From Octopus sinensis (lineage: Eukaryota), in NCBI RefSeq assembly GCF_006345805.1, contig NC_043006.1, positions 1,240,001-1,304,000 of the forward strand: 64,000 nt of DNA, in the 5' to 3' direction. Below are positions 55,424 through 64,000 of this stretch, piece by piece. The notes beneath the pieces are model-generated. The model was not told the DNA's origin and ran no database searches. It was given only the letters and a program-made list of their open reading frames with translations. A program made the position numbers and the translations under genes. Numbering within the stretch: the first letter of the stretch is position 1; each line of letters starts with the position of its first letter.

Positions 55424-55469
55424 GACACCTGACGAAGGCTGCAGGGTATATCAGCCGAAACGTTGTGTT
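55424..55469 (+). ncRNA. Minimal type I hammerhead motif (PLE type)
   Basis: gacac-CTGACGA-aGGCTG..CAGCC-GAAAC-GTT-gtgtt; palindromic loopless helix III (AACGTT). Confidence 0.65.
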
Positions 55470-56133
55470 AACAACTAATAAGATGAGGACAAATATCCGT
55501 CAAATGTAAATAATGTAAATAATGTACATAATTCCTCATCTCTTAAATATAGAACTATATTGGATAAACTCAATAACAATATCCAGAAAAGATCAGATTA
55601 GCATTTTGGAATAAAGATGAATCACTCATTTGTCGGTTTACACACAACCTAAGAAACAAGAAAACTTATTCAACCAATTTTTATGTAATTTACTGTTCGT
55701 CGTACGTTATAAATAGATATTGCTAACGACCCTAGATTTCGCGAATTCCCTCTTCATCATCTCAGATAACTACATGCAAGTAATAATAGGTAACAGGAAG
55801 TCGATTTTCATCTTCAGTGACGGTCTATTGATAACAAACGGAAAGCAGATGCCTTTGATGTAAGCATGAGCATCAAGAATTCAAGAGAAATTTCAAATCT
55901 AGTAGGATTATATATTTTATGCTTAATATAAAATCCATTCCGCACTTTTAGCAGATTTTATGGAGATGACGGTCTATTGATCTCCAAAAATGTAAACGGG
56001 TAACCAGCAGATATGTTCAGAAAGGACCTAATCAAACAATTCACCGTTACACACCTAAATTGTTAACCTCAAAACAATCAATTTCTTACATTAACGCTCA
56101 ACTGTAACATGGAAAATTCTTACCTTTTATCAA

Positions 56134-56877
56134 CCCTTTTGTTACCGTGTTTCTGTTGAAATACACTGTCTTTGCAAATAATGAAGAATTTAGTAAACTA
56201 AATTCATTGTTATTAAGTTGGTGTTTGATTCATAAATTAACGTGGAATTTTGATGGGAAGTCTAAATTTAGATCACTTTAAAACTTTCGTTATCATATTT
56301 GTGTTGAAATCCTCTGCTTTTCTTTCCATTACTTTAGGAAATAAGGAAGAATTTAGTGATTACTAGCAGTATCGCCCGGCGTTGCTCGGGTTTGTAAGGG
56401 AAATAACTATATAAGCATTTTTAGAGAGTTATAGCCAAAAAATAGCAAAAAAATGCATTAAAAATGGAAAGAAAATGATGATAATTTTTTTTTTAATCGT
56501 TGACTCATCGTAGACATTTTTAGAGAGTTACTTCCCTTATATAATAGCGAAAAAATGCATTAAAATGGAAAAAAATGATGGTAAATTATTTTTAAAATCG
56601 TAGACTCATCGTAGACGCGCGCTAATACCCAGAAGGGCTCGATATGAATCCCTACTATAAGATACCCGGTTTTGGTTAAACTGCACCGCAAAATGTGGGA
56701 GTAGTTAGGAATCTAAATCGTAGGAGACAGACAGACACACAACTTGACTTTTATATATAATGATTAATCTGGTGTTTGAAGCACATTAACGTGAACTTTT
56801 GATGAAAGGTCTTAATTTGGATCACTCCAAACAGTAAACTTGTATCATACAGCCAGGACAAGCTTGTATCAAAAGGG
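56134..56877. mobile_element. piggyBac-like MITE with internal duplication, interrupted by a Helitron
   Basis: Termini cccttttgttac / gtatcaaaaggg; degenerate TTAA-like flanks (tcaa, ttgt); duplicated segment at about 56215-56285 and 56768-56830. Confidence 0.45.
56363..56763 (-). mobile_element. Non-autonomous Helitron (401 bp)
   Basis: Minus strand: A|TC...subterminal hairpin (cccggcgttgctcggg on + at 56375-56390)...CTAG|T; internal tandem duplication of about 100 bp. Confidence 0.8.
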
Positions 56878-57783
56878 TTGTGTCATACAACCCGGAAGAT
56901 TTTGTATCAAAGGATCAAACTGATAATGATTTGACTTACTTTGTACAGGTACAAGGTACGTCGAATCACTCTCAGTTGTGGTTATTAACCAAAACTGACC
57001 AACGTGCCGTGACGAAACGACGAAAGACCTCCTAGTTGTTTGTTCTACCAGCTTATAAAGCAACCTTCCCTTTGACATTTAAAATCTAACAGATTCAAAG
57101 AATTTTTATCGTTTCTTCCATCTTCAGTTTGGAGTTTTAAAAAAACCATGCTGATGACTCGTTAAGGTATTGTGATACTAGTAGGAAGGAAGGTGTCCTC
57201 AAAGTTGAAGACTAATCCGAACGCTTGCAACCGAGCGGATTCTAGTAAAGCTAGGCAAGGTGGTAGTAGCATTAAACATCAGGTTTTGAACCTAGTCCAC
57301 GAAAGATCGGATAAACTACCACAAAGGCTTTCCGCTGATATTTGCTGAATTCAATAAACAAGGACCAAAAACTATTGTTAGATCGAGACATTATTGCTCT
57401 AAAGTTCCGTTACTCACAATGAATTGAGCGTCTTATGAAATGTCAAAGTTCGTTTGAAAAGTTGTTCTCTGATGACGAAATACAACAATGATTAATATAT
57501 TCACGTTTGAATCACCCAGTACTTATTAAGAACGAATATGTATGTTATCATCGACATGATTTTCTACTATCACGATATTTTTGTACTATACCACCAGGTA
57601 TCTTGTATTTATTTTTATCTTCAGGAAATCCTTACGGTTTCTTCCGAACAAAGAACGACTTCTGCAACCTTTCCTAATCACTTTACTGATTCTATTTTGG
57701 GCCCGGTATTTGCCGTTTTAATTCAAATAAATAGAAACTACTGTGTGCAATTAAAAGGTTTTTATCTGTTCTCTTTCAACTCG

Positions 57784-57836
<53 letters not shown>

Positions 57837-58347
57837 GAGTATACTCTTGTGTGTAAGAATGTCTGTCTGTCAGTTTTTGCGACCGTGAGTGTATATGTAC
57901 GCATGTCTGTCTGAATATTTGTGTATTATCCATTTTCATACAAACCTGCCTGCTTGATTATATAATACAAACTTCATATTTGTAACTAAATTTTAAACAT
58001 TCAACCTTAAGAATATTTCGTTAAGACCTAAAGGCCAAATTTATAATGGCAAAATTATTTTCTTAAATTCCACCAAATTCTTGATTATTTTCAAAATTGA
58101 ATGAAATGCATATGAATTGTATTTCATGAGAAATATCGTCCCAAATTGGTTATTAACCTCAAATATCAATCTTTTTAAATATGGTATTTTTTACGCTCGT
58201 TAGTGTTCGATTTAGAAATTCTATCAATTGCAAGTCATCAAATGCAGGTATCTCTCTGTTTTGTTGAGAAAGTTCGACCATATCCAAACATAGCTTCAGT
58301 CATCTCACATACTTTCAGAAGAGATTAATATAACTTTAAACATTGAA

Positions 58348-58668
58348 TTGTGGAGGCGTAGTGGCCCAGTGGTTAGGGCAGCGGACTCGCGGTCGAAGGA
58401 TCGCGGTTTTGATTCCCAGACCGGGTGTTGTGTGTGTTTATTGAGTGAAAACACCTAAAGCTCCACGAGGCTCCGGCAGGGGTTGGTGGCGACACCTGTT
58501 GTACTCTTTCGCCACAACTTTCTCTCACTTTCTCTTCCTGTTTCTTGAGTAACGCTACGATGGACTGGCGTCCTGTCCAGCTGGGGGGAACACATATGCC
58601 GCAGAAACCGAGAATCCGGGCCCATGAGCCTGGATAGGATTGAAAAACGGTGCGTAAATAAATGAATA
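58348..58668 (+). mobile_element. SINE family C (tRNA-Arg(TCG)-like head) with 10-bp TSD
   Basis: ggaggcgtagtggcccagtggttagggcagcggacTCGcgg..ggatcgcggttttgattccc; AAACATTGAA at 58338-58347 and 58669-58678. Confidence 0.9.
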
Positions 58669-59200
58669 AAACATTGAACTAAATTCCTTGTCTCACCACC
58701 TAAGTATTTCTAAAACAGATTTTATTTATCTATGCTAGCGACATTAAATATGTTACCATTGCCACAGCTAGTCTTTAGCTATCATTCCAAAGGAAACCCG
58801 TTACAACTGACTGGGTTCGAGATTATGGTAGATAAATAGTTGTCCGTTGAAAATTATGAGAGCAAATAAAACAGCATATATCGAAAAAGGTACTAAGATG
58901 TTACTTCAATAATAAAGGCTACGTTTTCGAGAGAAGAGGTTTCTTATGACTCATGTATTAAATTATCTGGAATGAATTGGACGTCGTCAAGCTAACAACT
59001 AGATGAAACAAAATATTTAGTCAAAATTACAGTAAGAAACAACCACATTGGATTGACATTGTTTAATGAAACGGAACAATGAAACGGAACAATAAGCGAG
59101 TCACCATGTGAACGGTTGAGTGACTGTAGGAATGTTGTGTCAGCAATAGACTGTAAGAACTAAATCAATATTACTTATAATGACAAGCGCTGAAAAGCAA

Positions 59201-59540
59201 AGGGTAAATCCTAACAGGATGAGGTTAGTCGTATTATGTCGAAGCGAGTCTTAACATGTCTGGGTGACGTTTAGTATGTAAAGATAAGTCTGAGCAGGTA
59301 GAGGTTAGTCCTAATAAATTGAGGTTAGTTCTAGTATGTAGAGATTAGCCCTAGTGTGTTGCGATAAGTCCTAATATTTTGAGATAAGTCATAGTATGTT
59401 GAACTGAGTTTTAGCATATCGAGCTGAGTTTTAGCATGCTAAGATAAGTATTAGCATATTAAGAGAGAAGTCCCAGCTGGTTGAGGTTAATTCAAACGTA
59501 CTGAGACTAGTATAGTATGCAGAGGTACGTCCTAGCATTC
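59201..59540. repeat. Diverged 20-bp-period tandem array (about 17 units, consensus near GAGATAAGTCCTAGTATGTT)
   Basis: Units stay in exact 20-bp register from 59201 to 59460, for example gaggttagttctagtatgta / gagattagccctagtgtgtt / gagataagtcatagtatgtt. Confidence 0.85.
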
Positions 59541-62130
59541 GAGTGGGGCGTGACCCTTATAAATGCTGATTTTAACATTTTATATTTAAATATCTTACTT
59601 TTCTTTTTGGTACAAATAGAAAAGATATAACACAGAGACAAGACCATAGTTTTGGGAGAGGGATTTTAGTAAATAATATAGATTCCAGGATTATTTTAAC
59701 AGCACTGAGAGGATCAAAGGCGAAGTCGTATAGGGTTGGAGATTTTCTACCCATAACATAAAGGGACGTTGCTAGATAACACAAGGTATTTTGTGCACTA
59801 CTAAACCGATCTCATAAAAAGAGCAGTGGATGGTAGAATCAGTATCAATAGAATGTCCGACAATATACCTTTCGGTATTTAGTACAGCCTTTTGTATTTT
59901 AAGCTCAAATTCCATCCGGGTTCACTTTGCTCTCCATCCCTCAATGACTCAGCTTCCATCCAAATCCTATCTTATGAAATCAATATTACTAAGAGAATAA
60001 TATTTAGGTGACTAAAGGAATATAGTGAGTGTCTATGTGTCGGTATGTGTGTTTGTATTTGGTATTTAGTGCATTTTGTAAACGTGATAGAGCAAGCGAG
60101 AAGTACCCAAAAACCCGAGTTTAAGTTATGATTCTTAATTGAATCCTGTTCATTTTATATTCACCATTAAAGTATTTTATGAGATCAGGAACAACATGAA
60201 TACTCATTACCACTTTGTTTCTTTATTGCCAAAAATAACCAAATTTAAGCTCACTTTATACTTTTACGTGTGTCCCTGTATATGTGTTTATGTACCCATG
60301 TGTATTCCAAAAATTGACGATATATTTTTTAAATCTTTATCTGAAAATGCATATTTTCAGTCGTTATATTTTCATTAGTTTCATATTTTAACGTTATATA
60401 TATTTTTTCTTATTTTCATGACCGTATCTCTAAAACTTCTCACTGGCTATATAAAAAGAGAAAATACTATATAAAAAAGTCTTATCAAAGTTGTTACGTA
60501 TAAACATAGTTAGCTGATTCGTTATATATTTCTAACAAAATTTTCAGACGGTTAAACTCACTTTTATACAACATATTGATTATCTGTACACTGCATTTAC
60601 TATTCTGCATGCAAAGCAATATCTAGTTGAGATCAAACCTTCACTATAACATTATAAGAGAATACATCAAAGATGCCGATAGGCTTTCAAGGCTTTTATT
60701 TCAAAGTGAGATGTGGTGACTTGACTGAGTTTTCTTTGAAATTGAAAAATAACTCATGTATTAAACAGAACAAACACCACATTAATTTTTCTCTTTAAAT
60801 TAGATGAAATCGAATGAGACTAATTGTGGTTTTGAGGCCTAGTTGTGTCTATAAAGTTGATCATTGTCTGTATAATTTCCCAGCAGAACACTCCGTATGT
60901 TACTGTGACCTTAAAAGCGTCTTAAAAGCTATTAGCTCATAAAAAGTTTTGAGTTTCGACAGCGATTTGTAACGTTGCATTAATTAAATTTAATACTTTT
61001 TAATTAGACTAGTACTAGGAGTATAAACAGAAATAGTTTTTTTTTAATAGACATGAGATCAAATATATTCACTATGGTTGATTCATTTCTACTTGAGAAA
61101 CCAAACAACGATAATTATGTTGAGATACAATAAAAATGTCTTCGTCTAACGTTTTCTTATCTTTTTAATGCAGTGTATTTTCTTTTAGACATATTTCATT
61201 GCAATAAACCCTTTGGATCAGTGACAGCGCGAAATCCAAGGTGTAAGGGCCACGTGAAAAGACAATATTCATGATTTCTTTAATTTCATTAACGACTTCG
61301 TTGAGGTCACTGCTTGACTTTAAATCAATTCTGATCGATATCAGAGATATTCTACGTATGACTATACATATTTTTAGTACATATACGACTATATTATCTA
61401 ATTTGTTCTTTCCTTTTATTAGATGTATAATTTAGTTGTTTCTAAAATGTTGAGAGGATCCGTCGTAAGCAATTTACATTTCAGTATATCCGAAGCGTTA
61501 AAACAAATGTTGAGTTTTACCCCAATTCTTCAATTACAGACAGCGTACACTAACACAAGATCTCCAGCCAGTTTGCTATGGCTGAGCACATCTTAAAATA
61601 GGAGATACGCTTGCGAAAAGAATTTGGTGACATAGTTCTTTCCACAAATGCATCTCGTATTTTGAGACACTAACTAAATTTTACACGTTGTCATCACGCT
61701 TGTAAAGACATTGATTTAATATTAGCCGACGAGCTAATGTTTTTGCCATATCTCACTTATAATTAACTGAACTCCAGTATTTAGAAACCATTTAATTATT
61801 TGAGATTTGGAAATATTGCTGCTACCTATCTTGAGTAGTGATACCTTTAATTAAAACTGTCCTGTTTGTCACATAAAATGTGTTCACAATTTTTACTTTA
61901 GCTTATTGAATGGCGAGAGAATATGCGTCTAGCGTACACTGTCAGAGCTGAGTAGCATGAAAACATTCAACATTTACTTAAGTATGTCTCGTGTACTGCC
62001 TTATTGGTATTTCATGAAATATATTAATAAATTGTTACATATAAAATAACTCGAGAAAATTATTTTTATCTTAAAACATCATTGAAAATTGAGCTTCAAT
62101 ATTAGAGAAGTACTAATATATGCATTCATA

Positions 62131-62174
<44 letters not shown>

Positions 62175-62227
62175 TGTCTGTGCATGCGTATGTATATATA
62201 TATATATATATGTACATATATATATAT

Positions 62228-62277
<50 letters not shown>

Positions 62278-62681
62278 TACACACGCATATATATATATAT
62301 GTATACAAAAGCACAATTAAAGGTTACTAACTTCATTCAGGAAGAGCAAAATGCAATGATACTGACAGTCTGGAAAACAAGAGCATGGTGTTGTATAAAA
62401 ACAGAGGGAAAATAATTTTAGTGATACATATTCGATATAAAATAGTTTGTCAGATCACTTGACATAAAGGAAAAGAGTATTTTGTGTTAGATTTTCTTTT
62501 ACTTGGGTTTTATGTCTACAATATTTTATATATTTTATATATGTTTTGCAATTATAGAAAGATTATTGAACATCATATTTAAACCTCAACTGCAAGATAA
62601 CTATATAAACCGTCGCCGATATATATTATATTTATTATAATAATAAGATGAGAGAATAGAAAGGTAATTAGTAAATTATTA

Positions 62682-62920
62682 TTTATTTATTAAAAAATTC
62701 ACTAACATCCCTTACAGCTATTTCAATTCAGGGTTTCAAAAATTAATTAAGTAAATTAAAAATTATTTGAAAGTAAGTCGAGTTTCTTCAGAGGTATATA
62801 AAGGTATACCTCTGAAGAGACTCGACTTACTTTCAAATAATTTTTAATTTACTTAATTAATTTTTGAGACCCTGAATTGATATAGCAGTAAGGAATGTTA
62901 GTGCATTTTTTAATAAATAA
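62682..62920. repeat. Fold-back palindrome, arms about 117 bp, 6-nt loop
   Basis: ...gtcgagtttcttcagaggtata-taaagg-tatacctctgaagagactcgac...; inner arms near perfect. Confidence 0.92.
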
Positions 62921-62994
62921 GAAATATTTATTACGTTTAAATATTTGTTGTGCAAGATTTTTTATGTGAAGTCGTGTGTTGAAACAGATATTGT

Positions 62995-63227
62995 TATATT
63001 TCGGAATGGTCATTTTGCCAGTTTAGCCAATAAAAACACAATAAATAAGAAATAAATAAGAAATAAATAAGAAAGAAGAAAACAAAGGAGTGTGACGAAA
63101 GAACTCTGGCCTAAATAAGATTAAGATTAATGTAAAAAAATAAATAACACTGAAGCAAAATAGCACCAAATATATAGTGCGTGTGTTTTTATTGGCTAAA
63201 CTGGCAAAATGACCATTCCGAAATATA
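62995..63227. repeat. Perfect 46-bp inverted repeat with 141-bp spacer
   Basis: 62995-63040 is the exact reverse complement of 63182-63227. Confidence 0.9.
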
Positions 63228-63576
63228 ACAATTATTTATTAATTACCTTTCTATTTTCTCATCTTATTATACATATATATATACATACATATACTGTTGT
63301 GTCTGGGGAGAGTCATTTTCTTTTTGTGCCTTATAATGTAACACACTCACAGGTAAAATTTCCACTTATTTTTATTTTCCTAAAATTTTCGTTGTGTCTT
63401 GCAACCTTTTCAATAGTCCTGACTCTGTCCGTTATTTACACTGCGTTCCTTTTTGTTTGTTTGTGCACATGTGTGTGGGTCAGTGTGTGTGTATGTGCCT
63501 ATACATGCATGCATGTACGTATGTATGTGTGTATGTATGTATGCATGCGTATGCATGTGTATATGTGTGTGTATGC

Positions 63577-63613
<37 letters not shown>

Positions 63614-63731
63614 ATATGTATGTATGCGCAACTCCATTGTCTCCCGAGACAAAAAGGATGCCAACAATATATATGTATAAAATACTGTGTGTATTAAATG
63701 GTATATGTGTATATACGTATAAATGCATATG

Positions 63732-63806
<75 letters not shown>

Positions 63807-63944
63807 GCACAGAATTTTGTCAATGAACAGGTCGCGGTTTCAAAGCGATAAAAATATTTTACCAATATAAATTTAAATGCTGAAGTGAATCTAACGGTTT
63901 TTGTGTGTTTTTAAATGGCTTATAAAGACCTTCCACGCTGAAAA

Positions 63945-63997
<53 letters not shown>

Positions 63998-64000
63998 TGA

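Larger units (their letters stand above)
52625..55556 (+). mobile_element. Composite insertion: inverted PLE terminal repeat + R4/Dong body + (TAA)n + PLE terminal repeat
   Basis: 52625-52727 is the inverted copy of 55410-55512; the 12-bp direct repeat ATATTGGATAAA lies at 52613-52624 and 55557-55568. Confidence 0.85.

Noticed and set aside
58350-58425. Possible tRNA-Arg gene
   Set aside because: The tRNA-like head continues into a SINE body that has a TSD and a second copy at 29660-29964; no complete cloverleaf.
59201-59540. CRISPR-like array
   Set aside because: The units are contiguous with no unique spacers, the context is eukaryotic and there are no cas genes.

Overview
AT-rich, repeat-dense eukaryotic non-coding DNA. 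The SINE families and microsatellite load resemble an octopus (cephalopod) genome; this is an inference. I found no intact host gene, rRNA, true tRNA or CRISPR array. The window is a mosaic of four tRNA-derived SINE families (labelled A-D here), R4/Dong-clade RT-REL retrotransposons that sit at (TAA)n tracts, RTE LINE fragments, Penelope-like (PLE) fragments and terminal repeats, and DNA transposons (Merlin, Tc1, a mariner MITE, a hAT-like remnant, a Helitron and a piggyBac-like MITE). Most notable: (1) a 2.9-kb composite insertion (52625-55556) in which an R4/Dong body is bracketed by inverted PLE-type terminal repeats, each carrying a minimal hammerhead ribozyme, with one 12-bp direct repeat flanking the whole unit; (2) several more hammerhead motifs, including a fully canonical one at 36643-36703; (3) a cryptic, highly diverged 20-bp-period array ending next to a GC-box/TATA pair; (4) multi-level nesting inside SINEs, including a 37-bp target-site duplication; (5) several long fold-back hairpins. 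Family assignments come from recognising motifs by eye, not from database searches.
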